A stretch of DNA of 64,000 nucleotides, taken from NCBI GenBank assembly GCA_020857175.1, contig GCA_020857175.1_3048.1. One strand, 5' to 3'. Of the stretch, positions 34,300 to 43,909 are shown one piece after another; positions within the stretch are counted from its first letter, which is position 1; the number at the start of each line of letters is the position of its first letter. The notes below the pieces were generated by a model. The model saw only the letters and a list, made by a program, of their open reading frames with translations. It was not told the DNA's origin and did no database searches. Position numbers and translations under genes: made by a program. Origin of the DNA: a phage.

Positions 34300-36477
34300 T
34301 TAGGCCGCAAGGGCCTTCATAGTTTTAGCGATTTGAGAAACTTCATCATCACTTAAAGAGTTGCGATAACCGATGAAGTCGGAAACAATGCGGAATTTCT
34401 TGGTAAACTCAGCAACCATTTTATCACTGTTTTTTGAAGCATTATTTGATAATACATCAAAAAGATTAGTTACTGTCCAGATGTCATGACCAATGGTATC
34501 TTTTCCACCATTAAAATATACACCGCGCAATGAACTAACTATATTAGCGAGTCGTGTATATTCTTCAGAAACTTCATCTGTACTGAAGTACTTCATCATA
34601 AAATCTAACTCAGGATACTTGATAATTTTATCAATATATCGTTGAGCTGAACTTGAATAACCTACGTACTTATCATAATCTACATCATCAAAAGCATCTA
34701 CATATAAATCACGCAAAGTTTCAAAAATACATTGGCACTGACCGAGTTCTTTTACCTTTTTCTGTAAAAGCGGACGAATAACATAAAATTCATTAATGCC
34801 AATAAGATTAGCCATACGAATCAAAATATTCATAGATGGATGACAAAGCGATGTAGTACCATCCATAGAGAAAATATCAGAACGATGCATATACGCTACA
34901 TAACCAGTAATTTCATCTGCTTCTGACGTAAGTGTAAATAGTTCCTCTTTTTCCCATCGCCCATCTTTAATTTCAAATTTAAATGCTGTAGCAGCTTTAG
35001 GACGAGGAGCTTTACTTTTAACTACCTTTGGAATATAACTTTTAACCAAAGCTTCAATTTCTGACAAATAATGAATGTTAACTTCATCACTTTCAAACAT
35101 TGCCATAATATCAGGTAGTAAATCAATCTGCGATTCTACTTCCGGATTAATAAACAGAAGACGCTCATTGTGATGAATATTTAAAGTGTTATTAAATTCA
35201 CTATCATCTAATGCACGTGCTAATCCACGGACAATATTAACACGATTTTTAATATTATCAATAACAATATTAATTTTTGTCATATTAATACCAAACAGAC
35301 GATAACTTGATGCAACGGCTGAAGTTTCATGACTTTGCTTAATGCGTTTCAGTCGAGGGTCAAGATTTACTTCGTACACAACTCCTGCATTGCATAACTT
35401 ACTGTCAGGTTCAAACATGCTCTGCATCTTTTTATATGACAGATTTTTAGTCGTGAATTTGACTGAATTACTAATCATATAATCTCGAGCAGAATAGCCC
35501 ATTTTCATTAACTCGCGATACGTATGGCGAGGAGATGTAGATTCTTTAAATCGTTTTACATCTTCATTAAATGCTTTCTCACTGAGTTCTTTAACTCGTT
35601 CAATGATATTTTTACGAGTGCGATCATCTAGTGAAAGAGCCTCACGAGATGGAGCAATATCAAGTGAACCCATTGGAAACTTAATGTAATTCACTTCATT
35701 GCGGATGCTTAACCAGTTACGGTCTCTAATAACACCATCGATAGGATAAACAATACCGCCATAGATAGCATATAATCCGCCGCGATCTGGCCAGTATCTT
35801 TCTGGATTTACACCGTAATAGTCATCAAAATCCGGAAAATAATCAATTTCGCGATCAAGACCATTAATAATAGCCAAATCTTTGAACGGTCGCATGATAT
35901 AAGAAACTTCATAAGCAAAGTTTCTAAAGTCTTTTTCTTCAACTGGAACTACGATTTCAATACCAGTTTTATCATCTGGACCCATTTCTTTTACGAATGT
36001 AGGTTTAATTTGTGGACCATCGCCATCCATGTAAGCTACATAACCACGAATTTCACCTTTATGATACGAAGTAATACTAAATGTATCAGTATAACTAAAC
36101 GGAGATTTAGAACCTAAACCAAATCCGCCAATGAAATCGTTAGATTCAGCCTTAGATGAACTGAAGTATGAATTATACAAACCAGGAGAATTATCATCAC
36201 CTTGAATATCAAAATCACTCATACCGGGACCAAAATCTCGGCAAACAAATCGTGGATCTAAACGTCCAGGAACTTGAATGATAAATTTTTCAGGATTTCC
36301 ATTGAGTGCATGGGCATCAATCATGTTAGTAATCAATTCACGGACTACTGCGCGAATTTTGTTTGTATACAAATCAGATGACAGAATTTTAAATACTTTA
36401 GGAGATGCTGTGATGCTAAATGCTTTTGATTTAGAACCATTACCAAGAATTGTTTCTTTTTCAGTGGTGATAATCAT
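34300..36477 (-). CDS. rIIA: rIIA protein, 725 aa
   Basis: 725 aa as in T4; N-terminal ATPase-like region; adjacent to rIIB. Confidence 0.9.
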   Translation of the reverse strand: MIITTEKETILGNGSKSKAFSITASPKVFKILSSDLYTNKIRAVVRELITNMIDAHALNGNPEKFIIQVPGRLDPRFVCRDFGPGMSDFDIQGDDNSPGLYNSYFSSSKAESNDFIGGFGLGSKSPFSYTDTFSITSYHKGEIRGYVAYMDGDGPQIKPTFVKEMGPDDKTGIEIVVPVEEKDFRNFAYEVSYIMRPFKDLAIINGLDREIDYFPDFDDYYGVNPERYWPDRGGLYAIYGGIVYPIDGVIRDRNWLSIRNEVNYIKFPMGSLDIAPSREALSLDDRTRKNIIERVKELSEKAFNEDVKRFKESTSPRHTYRELMKMGYSARDYMISNSVKFTTKNLSYKKMQSMFEPDSKLCNAGVVYEVNLDPRLKRIKQSHETSAVASSYRLFGINMTKINIVIDNIKNRVNIVRGLARALDDSEFNNTLNIHHNERLLFINPEVESQIDLLPDIMAMFESDEVNIHYLSEIEALVKSYIPKVVKSKAPRPKAATAFKFEIKDGRWEKEELFTLTSEADEITGYVAYMHRSDIFSMDGTTSLCHPSMNILIRMANLIGINEFYVIRPLLQKKVKELGQCQCIFETLRDLYVDAFDDVDYDKYVGYSSSAQRYIDKIIKYPELDFMMKYFSTDEVSEEYTRLANIVSSLRGVYFNGGKDTIGHDIWTVTNLFDVLSNNASKNSDKMVAEFTKKFRIVSDFIGYRNSLSDDEVSQIAKTMKALAA

Positions 36478-36487
36478 AATTTCCTCA

Positions 36488-36691
36488 TTAATTCATATTA
36501 CGCTTAATAACTTCAGCAACTTCTAGTAGTTCATCTTTAGTTGCGGTGTCGGATTGAATTTTATCTCTAATATCTTTAAAGCGGTTTTTAAATTCTTCGG
36601 CTTCTCCCATATCGAAAAAGCGTTGAATGATTCTATATTCTCGATGAACTGCTTTATCAAAAAGTTCTAAATTTACTTTATATGATTTCAT
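36488..36691 (-). CDS. hypothetical protein, 67 aa (rIIA.1-like)
   Basis: ATG with GAGGA SD; between 39 and rIIA as T4 rIIA.1. Confidence 0.5.
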   Translation of the reverse strand: MKSYKVNLELFDKAVHREYRIIQRFFDMGEAEEFKNRFKDIRDKIQSDTATKDELLEVAEVIKRNMN

Positions 36692-36716
36692 TCCAATATC
36701 CTCATTTGCCCAATTA

Positions 36717-36746
36717 ATTATACCACATCCTTGTGGTAAAGTAAAC
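36717..36746 (-). promoter_or_regulatory. T4-type early promoter
   Basis: Minus strand GTTTAC (36746..36741), 18-nt spacer, TGGTATAAT (36722..36717). Confidence 0.5.
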
Positions 36747-38563
36747 TACTGGCTCATCCATTCTTTACGAAGGTCAGCATTATCTCCCATGAGCATTTCA
36801 AAAAGCTCTTTCCAGTTCTCAGGAAGTTTAACAACATCATATACTGGGTTTTGAATCATCTCACGATATTCAGATTTTTCCAAAGAGCCAAGTCCTTTAA
36901 TATAACGGATGCTATGTTTAGGTAGAGCATCTTTAGCACTCTCATATTCAGCGACTGTATAAAACCATTCTTGTTTTTTACCGACCTGAGCGATGATTAC
37001 AGGAGTTTTGACAAAGCGAATTCTTCCTTGTTCAAACAGTTCTGGCCAATTACTAAAAAATCCGAGCAGAGAAGGATAAATGCTTCCTAAACCATCATGG
37101 TCAGCATCGGTCATAATAGCAATATTATGATAATTCAAGTTTTCAGCTTTTTCACCAAGAACTAATCCAGTGATTGCGCAAATATCAAACAGTTCTTTGT
37201 TTTTAAGCATATCAGCATATGACATACCCCAACTGTTGAGAACTTTACCGCGCAATGGATAACCACCATGAAGTTCTTTATCACGAACATCAATAAGATA
37301 TCCGATAGCAGAATCACCCTCAGTCAAGAAAAGAGTAGTGTCAGCATCTTTACCGCAAAGATTCGCTTTGATATGTTTATGAACCTTAGCTTTAGAAGCC
37401 TTTTTAGCTGCTTTAGTTTCTGCTGCTTTTTCTGCTGCTAATTTACGTGCTAAAGCAGCTTCAATAATCGGCATTAAAATTGCTTCATTATTTAGAATAG
37501 CGCGTGAAATCTTTTTAGCATCAAGTTGAATATGACTACGAATTTCACCAAAAGGAGAAGTAAGTCGTTCTTTAGTTTGAGAATCAAATCGCATGTTTTT
37601 CATATCACGAACAAACATAACGATAGTCAAACATTCTTTAACGCGCGCTTTAGTTACATCAATTTTGAACTTACGTTTGATTTGTGGAATAAGGTCTTCA
37701 CAAATATCATCCATAACACAGTCAATGTGATGGCCACCATTCTTAGTGTGAATGTTATTGACGTATGTTAATTGACGAAAACCATCCGGTGAACGACCAA
37801 CCGCAATAGAACAATTTTCTTGTTCTTGAACAATAGCATGCTCATCATATTGGCGTGCATATTTCTTAAAATTGCCCTGAACCTTTTTACCATTAAAGGT
37901 AAATTGAATATCAGGATAAACTACTGCAAGTGTCTGGAGACGATCTAGTGTAATGTCAAGATAAACTTGGGACAGCTCATTAGTTTCAAATGACATAAAA
38001 TCAGGAATGAAAGTAACACGAGTTCCTTTCCATTTTCCAGGAATAGTTTCCCACGATTTATTTTCCATGCCATTTGAACAACGAACTACAATATTATTTT
38101 GACCATCACCAGTTTCACCGACAAACATCACAGAAAAAATGTTTGTCAAACTAGAACCAACACCATTCATACCGCCAGTGACGCGTTCTTTATCATCACC
38201 GAAGTTACCACCTGCTTTTGGAATAGTCCATGCAGCAACAGGACCAGGAATTTCTTCACCGGTAGGTGTTTTAACCATTGCCTGTGGAATACCGCGACCG
38301 TTATCTTCAACTGTTACCTGATTATTTTTAATGGTAACATTAATTTTATTTGCGAATTTAAACTTAGTACGAATACCTTCATCGACTGAGTTATCGATAA
38401 TTTCATCAATAAGCTTAACAAGACCAGGTACATACTGAACACTTTCCCATTTACCAAACAGAAAGCGCTCATGCATTTCATTAGCAGAAGAGCCAATGTA
38501 CATGCCACTACGCTTTTTGATATGTTCAATATCGCTCAGAATTTTAATTTCATTCTTAATCAT
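36746..38563 (-). CDS. 39: DNA topoisomerase II large subunit, fused gp39+gp60 form (605 aa), no bypass element
   Basis: From ATG 38563: MIKNEIKILSDIEHIKKRSGMYIGS... (GyrB-like ATPase + Toprim) continuing into the gp60-equivalent C-terminus in one frame. Confidence 0.9.
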   Translation of the reverse strand: MIKNEIKILSDIEHIKKRSGMYIGSSANEMHERFLFGKWESVQYVPGLVKLIDEIIDNSVDEGIRTKFKFANKINVTIKNNQVTVEDNGRGIPQAMVKTPTGEEIPGPVAAWTIPKAGGNFGDDKERVTGGMNGVGSSLTNIFSVMFVGETGDGQNNIVVRCSNGMENKSWETIPGKWKGTRVTFIPDFMSFETNELSQVYLDITLDRLQTLAVVYPDIQFTFNGKKVQGNFKKYARQYDEHAIVQEQENCSIAVGRSPDGFRQLTYVNNIHTKNGGHHIDCVMDDICEDLIPQIKRKFKIDVTKARVKECLTIVMFVRDMKNMRFDSQTKERLTSPFGEIRSHIQLDAKKISRAILNNEAILMPIIEAALARKLAAEKAAETKAAKKASKAKVHKHIKANLCGKDADTTLFLTEGDSAIGYLIDVRDKELHGGYPLRGKVLNSWGMSYADMLKNKELFDICAITGLVLGEKAENLNYHNIAIMTDADHDGLGSIYPSLLGFFSNWPELFEQGRIRFVKTPVIIAQVGKKQEWFYTVAEYESAKDALPKHSIRYIKGLGSLEKSEYREMIQNPVYDVVKLPENWKELFEMLMGDNADLRKEWMSQ

Positions 38564-38590
38564 CACTTATCCTCGTTTGGTTTCGGGAAT

Positions 38591-38616
38591 ATTATACTCC
38601 GGCATTCATAAAGCTA
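38591..38616 (-). promoter_or_regulatory. candidate middle promoter upstream of gene 39
   Basis: Minus strand TAGCTTTA MotA-box-like element, then TATAAT about 12 nt downstream. Confidence 0.35.
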
Positions 38617-38632
38617 AAGGCCCGAAGGCCTT

Positions 38633-38893
38633 TTATTTAAAACGAATAGTTGAATCCTTAAAGAACAGCCCAGAACATACTGTTCCTTCTACTTTCTGCC
38701 CGGTAGGTCCAACAGCACGAAATCCAGTATGTTGGAAATCATTTTCAGAGCAACCGAACCAGTTATATCCAGTGATTTCAATATTCGTAAAACCACTTGA
38801 TGATAAAATTTTAGTTGCATTATCAGCATCAGTACATCCTACTAAAGATACTGCTAATACTAATGCTGCGATAGAACGATTAACATATTTCAT
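38633..38893 (-). CDS. putative lipoprotein, ~86 aa
   Basis: Signal peptide with lipobox LVGC; ATG at 38893 (track start is GTG). Confidence 0.5.
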   Translation of the reverse strand: MKYVNRSIAALVLAVSLVGCTDADNATKILSSSGFTNIEITGYNWFGCSENDFQHTGFRAVGPTGQKVEGTVCSGLFFKDSTIRFK

Positions 38894-38898
38894 AATTT

Positions 38899-39270
38899 TC
38901 ACTTAAATTTAATGGCTTGAAGAAGACTAATAATTCTCAAACGGCTTCTTTCATCTTTAACTGTAAAAGAAAGAGGGTCGCCAGATTTCATAGTAATAGT
39001 GCATTCAAAATCAAAGTTTTCTGTAACTTCTTCAAAGAAGTCAAATTCTTCATCATAAATTAGAACACTACTTTGCATACTATGAAGAGTTTTTCCATCA
39101 TTTCCAGTTGCTGTACCAATCATCGTAACATTACGACCTTTCATATCTTCAACGATAAATTCGCTTGTCGATATTACAACATTAATAGAACTATTTCTAT
39201 GAATAGCAGAAAATAGAAATTTCTTTTCTTCACCTTCACGAATACGATATTTCTTACCGATTTTAAACAT
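38899..39270 (-). CDS. hypothetical protein, 123 aa
   Basis: ATG start; no recognisable motif. Confidence 0.5.
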   Translation of the reverse strand: MFKIGKKYRIREGEEKKFLFSAIHRNSSINVVISTSEFIVEDMKGRNVTMIGTATGNDGKTLHSMQSSVLIYDEEFDFFEEVTENFDFECTITMKSGDPLSFTVKDERSRLRIISLLQAIKFK

Positions 39271-39272
39271 AA

Positions 39273-39449
39273 TTACCCTTTAAGTAAGTCGTAAAAACCA
39301 CCATTTACATGCTTAGGAGCAGAAGGCCGACGAGTAGACAAACGATGACATTTAGGGCAAACATCATTTTCTCGTTCAGAAATCTTTTTAATTTTTTCAT
39401 ATTCATGCCTACAGTCTTTAGATTGGCATTTATAATCATACATTGGCAT
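39273..39449 (-). CDS. small zinc-ribbon protein, 58 aa
   Basis: Manual translation MPMYDYKCQSKDCRHEYEK...CPKCHRL with two CxxC pairs; below track cutoff. Confidence 0.45.
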   Translation of the reverse strand: MPMYDYKCQSKDCRHEYEKIKKISERENDVCPKCHRLSTRRPSAPKHVNGGFYDLLKG

Positions 39450-39451
39450 AA

Positions 39452-39883
39452 TTATTCCTTAAAATGAGCTTTCAGCATCTGATACAAAGACCATGCTTGT
39501 TCATTATTTTCAATAGTAACTTTCATGACTGGGAATTCTGTGAAATCTTCTATTTGTTCTTGCTCTTTCTCTTTCTCTTCCTGCTCTTGCTCTTCAGCTG
39601 CCTGATATGGATTTTCCACTTCATCAAAGAACACAGCTTCACTCGTTGAAAGCCAGATAAAATCTTCATCCAAAATATCTTTACCAGAAGATAACGCCAA
39701 TTTTCCACTAGATGTCACAAGTTTAGTAGGACGACCAAGATAGTCAATATCTGTAACTCTAAAAGGTTCCATACCAAGACGTCGTGCATAAATTCCGTTT
39801 TCGGTATGGTCCTTGATAAAATCTTCTTGTGCTTGTTTATTTTTAAATTGATACCATTTATTAACTTCAAATTTAATAGCCAT
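39452..39883 (-). CDS. hypothetical acidic protein, 143 aa
   Basis: ATG start; E/Q-rich linker. Confidence 0.5.
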   Translation of the reverse strand: MAIKFEVNKWYQFKNKQAQEDFIKDHTENGIYARRLGMEPFRVTDIDYLGRPTKLVTSSGKLALSSGKDILDEDFIWLSTSEAVFFDEVENPYQAAEEQEQEEKEKEQEQIEDFTEFPVMKVTIENNEQAWSLYQMLKAHFKE

Positions 39884-40098
39884 TAATAAGTTTCCTTCCA
39901 GTAAGTTGTGCCATCTTCAGTAATTTCACGAAATACACCGTAAATTGGTTGTTTATCACCAACCTTTTCATACACATAAACCGAAGTCAAGTGAGTAAAC
40001 TTAACGGTATGTTCTTTTTGAACTACTACCAAATCTGGATCGAATAATACATCTTCAAATTCGTCATTAGTGCAATTCTGAACAATTTTACGTTTCAT
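39883..40098 (-). CDS. hypothetical protein, 71 aa
   Basis: ATG start; stop/start overlap. Confidence 0.45.
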   Translation of the reverse strand: MKRKIVQNCTNDEFEDVLFDPDLVVVQKEHTVKFTHLTSVYVYEKVGDKQPIYGVFREITEDGTTYWKETY

Positions 40099-40111
40099 TA
40101 CAATTTCCTCA

Positions 40112-40381
40112 TTAATTGAACAGTGGAGCGATGCGTTTCAGAAGAGTAGCAGCACCTTTAGCGAATTTTACATCATGAAAAACAGTTTCTTCTTCCGTTA
40201 CAACACGAGCTTTAATGTTTTCACAATCCCAATTTTTGCGAACAATCTTCAAAAGCTGCAGTAAATCTTTACATTCAACAATATCGATAACACATCCACG
40301 AGAATCTTCCATTATCGCACGATAACCGTAAGCCATACCATAATCGTTGAAAGATTGCTCGATGATAATTAAGTTTTCCAT
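40112..40381 (-). CDS. hypothetical protein, ~89 aa
   Basis: ATG at 40381 with GGAGAA SD; track start is TTG. Confidence 0.45.
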   Translation of the reverse strand: MENLIIIEQSFNDYGMAYGYRAIMEDSRGCVIDIVECKDLLQLLKIVRKNWDCENIKARVVTEEETVFHDVKFAKGAATLLKRIAPLFN

Positions 40382-40488
40382 TTTATTCTCCAAGTTGTTT
40401 TCTGTATCAGTAGTTGATATTGATATAGTACCATAATCAACTACTGATGTATATAGTTTTATGAAAAAATTTTAAACTTTATGCAAAT

Positions 40489-40908
40489 TTATGCTAAAGC
40501 TGCTTCGCACCATTTTTTAATTTGGAATTCAGGAACGACCATGAACTGGCCTGCAAAAACAATATTGTAGAGCTTGACACCATCTTCTACCCAACGGTCC
40601 GAAATAAAACCAGCGACTTGATTCGTTGTCCATGGAGTTCCATCTGTTGCCGCCGCAATTGTGAATTTATGGTCTTTTACAACTAAAACTGAAGAACAAA
40701 GTTTCCATTTAAATGCGCTTTCTTCTGGCTCAATGAACTGACTTGAGACATAACCAATGTTACCATCAGCGTCACGAACTTTAACCTCGTTACGACCAAA
40801 AACTGGATCACTTACAGAAAGAACTTCAACCAGCTTTCCTGCAACTTTAGAACGAGAAGCAACGGATACATATACGTAATCACCAGTAGAGAGATTTACA
40901 ATATTCAT
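40489..40908 (-). CDS. hypothetical protein, paralog family copy A, 139 aa
   Basis: Shares SRSK(V/A)AG(K/R)LVEV and (I/F)(S/T)DRWVEDG..LYNIVF.G.F.VV motifs with the adjacent 157-aa ORF. Confidence 0.55.
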   Translation of the reverse strand: MNIVNLSTGDYVYVSVASRSKVAGKLVEVLSVSDPVFGRNEVKVRDADGNIGYVSSQFIEPEESAFKWKLCSSVLVVKDHKFTIAAATDGTPWTTNQVAGFISDRWVEDGVKLYNIVFAGQFMVVPEFQIKKWCEAALA

Positions 40909-40917
40909 AATAATTCC

Positions 40918-41391
40918 TTAAGCTTTACGAGGAGAAGCATAACGAGTGATTTCAGATTCTTCAACAACCCGGAAGTCACCTAAGAATACGATATTGTAGA
41001 GATTTTCACCATCTTCAACCCATCGGTCTGTGATGAAGCCGCACATCCTATCAGTTTTACTTGGACCAGCGAAATCATCAATATAATCGAATTCTTCATC
41101 AGTTACAAATTCAACGCCTTTACACAACGCCCATTTAAATTGTGCATTAGACTCAGTGGATTCAACTTCTTCAACAGAAGCAAAATGAGAGCTAACACGA
41201 GTTTCCAGAAATTTAGGACTTACGTAAGCGTACTGAGTTTCAGTTTTTCCAGAACTAGGAATGATTCGAACTTTAACTTCTTTAACACGACCAGTACCAT
41301 TAGTACGAAGTCCTACCACTTCAACTAGACGACCTGCAGCTTTAGAACGAGATGCAGACGATACACGCTTAATTTCACCGATAGTAATCAT
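40918..41391 (-). CDS. hypothetical protein, paralog family copy B, 157 aa
   Basis: Same motifs as copy A; ATG start. Confidence 0.55.
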   Translation of the reverse strand: MITIGEIKRVSSASRSKAAGRLVEVVGLRTNGTGRVKEVKVRIIPSSGKTETQYAYVSPKFLETRVSSHFASVEEVESTESNAQFKWALCKGVEFVTDEEFDYIDDFAGPSKTDRMCGFITDRWVEDGENLYNIVFLGDFRVVEESEITRYASPRKA

Positions 41392-41467
41392 AATTTTTCT
41401 CTCTTTGTTGTTAAGATTTATACTCCCTCCGCAGGACCATTATACTCTGGCCCCAAGAGTTTGTAAA

Positions 41468-41659
41468 CTAGCTTACACGAACATTAATCACTGCGCTGCG
41501 AGGAACTACAGAGTACTCTCCAGCATGAACTACGTTCAGAAGTTCAACACCATCTTCAATCCACTGATCAGTCACCCATCCACCCACAGGATTCGCGAAT
41601 GGACGATGAATATAAACTTGCCTTACACAGCAGATCAGTTGGATCTTCAGGTTTTTCAA
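41468..41659 (-). pseudogene. truncated third copy of the paralog family (C-terminal motif only)
   Basis: Encodes ...GGWVTDQWIEDGVELLNVVHAGEYSVVP, matching only the C-terminal motif of copies A/B; overlaps another ORF. Confidence 0.35.
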
Positions 41660-41906
41660 TTTCTGTCAATAGACTAAAATCTTTTTCATAAATAATAAGC
41701 GGTGATACCATTCCATAATAGTTTCTAATTTCAATATACATCATACCGATAAGAATTCCGCTATTAACACTAATAACAGTAAAAGGATATCCACCAGTTA
41801 AACCAAGAAGTTCACAAAACTTATTATGAGCTATATTAGACAGTACCGAAAAATTCTTAATTTCATCAAATTTTTTCAATTGATAAACAGCATTATTTTT
41901 AATCAT
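41568..41906 (-). CDS. hypothetical protein, 112 aa
   Basis: ATG start; 3' end overlaps the decayed paralog remnant. Confidence 0.45.
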   Translation of the reverse strand: MIKNNAVYQLKKFDEIKNFSVLSNIAHNKFCELLGLTGGYPFTVISVNSGILIGMMYIEIRNYYGMVSPLIIYEKDFSLLTEIEKPEDPTDLLCKASLYSSSIRESCGWMGD

Positions 41907-41916
41907 AATTTTCTCT

Positions 41917-42429
41917 TTAATCTAAGGTAATAAAGCCTTTTAATTCGGCATGCGATTTGCGAAACATTACTTGATGCCCACCAATGATAACTTGATCATC
42001 TGGAACTTCATAAATCGCAATGTACATTCCACGATCTTTTAAGTCTTCACGCTCTTCTCGGGTGAACCATCTCATCATATCATATTCACTAGCGAAAGCA
42101 AAATGATATAATGAAATAAGCCACAATGGAATATAATTTTCAAATTGTGAATAATCTTTATTCCATTTAGTTTTAATAGTATCATTAGCATTTTCAACTA
42201 ATAACTTATCATCGTGTGGAATAGGAATACTTTCATGGCTTTCATAATTATCGCTATGATGATGAAATGACGATGAATTAATACCGCAAAATTTTAGCCA
42301 AGTTCGAGTTTTCATAGAATCAAACCCACGATAAGGAGTTGATTGAACGCATAACTCTTGCCTAATTTTCACTATACCACTATCATCATTTAATGCGCTA
42401 AACGATGATTCAACACGATAAATTTTCAT
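41917..42429 (-). CDS. hypothetical protein, ~170 aa
   Basis: ATG at 42429 with GAGGATAA SD downstream of the 42457..42486 promoter; longer track ORF starts upstream of promoter. Confidence 0.5.
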   Translation of the reverse strand: MKIYRVESSFSALNDDSGIVKIRQELCVQSTPYRGFDSMKTRTWLKFCGINSSSFHHHSDNYESHESIPIPHDDKLLVENANDTIKTKWNKDYSQFENYIPLWLISLYHFAFASEYDMMRWFTREEREDLKDRGMYIAIYEVPDDQVIIGGHQVMFRKSHAELKGFITLD

Positions 42430-42456
42430 TTTATTATCCTCAGTAGCTATGGTGTT

Positions 42457-42486
42457 ATAGTACCACAACTAACCGAGGAAGTAAAC
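42457..42486 (-). promoter_or_regulatory. T4-type early promoter
   Basis: Minus strand GTTTAC (42486..42481), 18-nt spacer, TGGTACTAT (42462..42457). Confidence 0.5.
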
Positions 42487-42492
42487 AACTTT

Positions 42493-43176
42493 TTATCGTT
42501 TTGTTGGAAGAGACAAAGGATCGCACTCTTCCTCTGACGGAGCATCTTCAAGACCCATAGCATATCGCAAAGCATACTTCATCATCAGGATGTCTTTCGC
42601 ACAGTCATGAATAGAATCATGCGCAACGAATCCATCTAAAGTTCCTTTTGGAAGAGGACACGTGGTCATATCACGAACAAGGAGAAGTGCTTCAATTCTG
42701 GTACGAATATCACGCTGATTCCAAAATTTACAAGGTTCTAACTTAAATGTATCAAGCTCATTCTCGGAAACGCCGTTAAGACGTTGAATATCGCGAATGA
42801 GATCGACTAAAATTGGAAAATCAAACGACATTCCACGGCACCAGCCTTGAGATTTCCAAGGATCGATATTATGCGCATTGATGTAATCATTAAATTTTGC
42901 AATACCATCGATAGTGCTTACATCTTCATCTGATGGCGCAATATTTTTTCGAGCTTCAGGAGATTGATTCTTCCACCATTCGATAGTGCTTTTAGTAAAA
43001 AGACGATGTCCTTTTTGGCTTTTTAAATCAAATTTGATTTTAATGCCACGTGAAACTAATTCATCAAATGTTTCAACGACTTCTGGATTAGGGTCAAAAG
43101 CAATTACAGCCAAATCAATAACAGCTGCTTTTTCACCGCTTCCCATTGTTTCAAAATCTATAATAAAATCAAACAT
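42493..43176 (-). CDS. dexA: exonuclease A (DnaQ-like 3'-5' exonuclease), 227 aa
   Basis: N-terminal FDFIIDFETMG (DEDD exo I motif); 227 aa as T4 DexA. Confidence 0.85.
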   Translation of the reverse strand: MFDFIIDFETMGSGEKAAVIDLAVIAFDPNPEVVETFDELVSRGIKIKFDLKSQKGHRLFTKSTIEWWKNQSPEARKNIAPSDEDVSTIDGIAKFNDYINAHNIDPWKSQGWCRGMSFDFPILVDLIRDIQRLNGVSENELDTFKLEPCKFWNQRDIRTRIEALLLVRDMTTCPLPKGTLDGFVAHDSIHDCAKDILMMKYALRYAMGLEDAPSEEECDPLSLPTKR

Positions 43177-43418
43177 TAAATTTTCCTTGCTAAATCGCGA
43201 ATTTGACCTACAGTATAATCTTGGATATAAACTTTATTAATAGGCTCATCAATAAATTTTGCCATAGATTCAATATCTTTTTGTATCTCTTCAAGACTGT
43301 ATACTATCTTTAAAGCTTTTTCGCGAATAGTAATATTTTCAGGACTAGAATTTTCCTCAATGACAGCTTTAACATTTGTCATAAGAGATTTAAACTGATG
43401 CAAACTTAATTCAATCAT
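43176..43418 (-). CDS. hypothetical protein, ~80 aa (dexA.1-like)
   Basis: ATG at 43418 with AAGGCGG SD; track start is GTG; shares LEEI..D(I/L)...DY..G(Q/E)I pattern with next ORF. Confidence 0.45.
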   Translation of the reverse strand: MIELSLHQFKSLMTNVKAVIEENSSPENITIREKALKIVYSLEEIQKDIESMAKFIDEPINKVYIQDYTVGQIRDLARKI

Positions 43419-43671
43419 TAATAACCGCCTTATAAAGATGGCTAATTTCACCTAAAACATAATCACTGATTGTGATAGTTTTCACTTCACCACAAAAGAA
43501 TTCTAACGCAATTAAATCTCGTTCAATTTCTTCTAATTGAAGCATTAACTTGCCAGATTCAATTTTTACATTTCTACGATTTTTACTATAAGCTATTTCA
43601 TAAATTTCGCTCACTTTATCTTGAAGCAGATAAAACTGGTCTTTAGTTATTTCCACGAATAGCTTCCTCAA
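43411..43671 (-). CDS. hypothetical protein, ~86 aa (start uncertain)
   Basis: Only TTG/GTG starts available; paralogous to previous ORF. Confidence 0.4.
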   Translation of the reverse strand: MRKLFVEITKDQFYLLQDKVSEIYEIAYSKNRRNVKIESGKLMLQLEEIERDLIALEFFCGEVKTITISDYVLGEISHLYKAVIND

Positions 43672-43903
43672 ATTTAATTAGTAATTTACAGACACTTTCA
43701 TCTAGTGTAATTACCGTATCTGTATTACTGTGATATGATTGTTTTTCAATTCGTTTAATTGCTAATATAGTATCACTTATAAGATAAAGCTTATGAAGGA
43801 GCTCAGCTCCTGTTACCATAACATCGAGATTATCTTGCTTATTAGTATGCTTCCTTATACCATCTATTAGACGATTTAAATATTTTGAATTGATGTTAAT
43901 CAT
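43643..43903 (-). CDS. hypothetical protein, 86 aa
   Basis: ATG start immediately downstream of dda. Confidence 0.45.
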   Translation of the reverse strand: MININSKYLNRLIDGIRKHTNKQDNLDVMVTGAELLHKLYLISDTILAIKRIEKQSYHSNTDTVITLDESVCKLLIKFEEAIRGNN

Positions 43904-43909
43904 ATAGCC

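Noticed and set aside
36746-38563. Gene 60 translational bypass element and mobA insertion
   Set aside because: Looked for a split in gp39 with a 50-nt coding gap; the ORF is continuous, so the element is absent.
40400-40470. Early promoter between the 89-aa ORF and paralog copy A
   Set aside because: A GTACTATA -10-like element is present but no GTTTAC at the expected 18-nt spacing; too weak to call.
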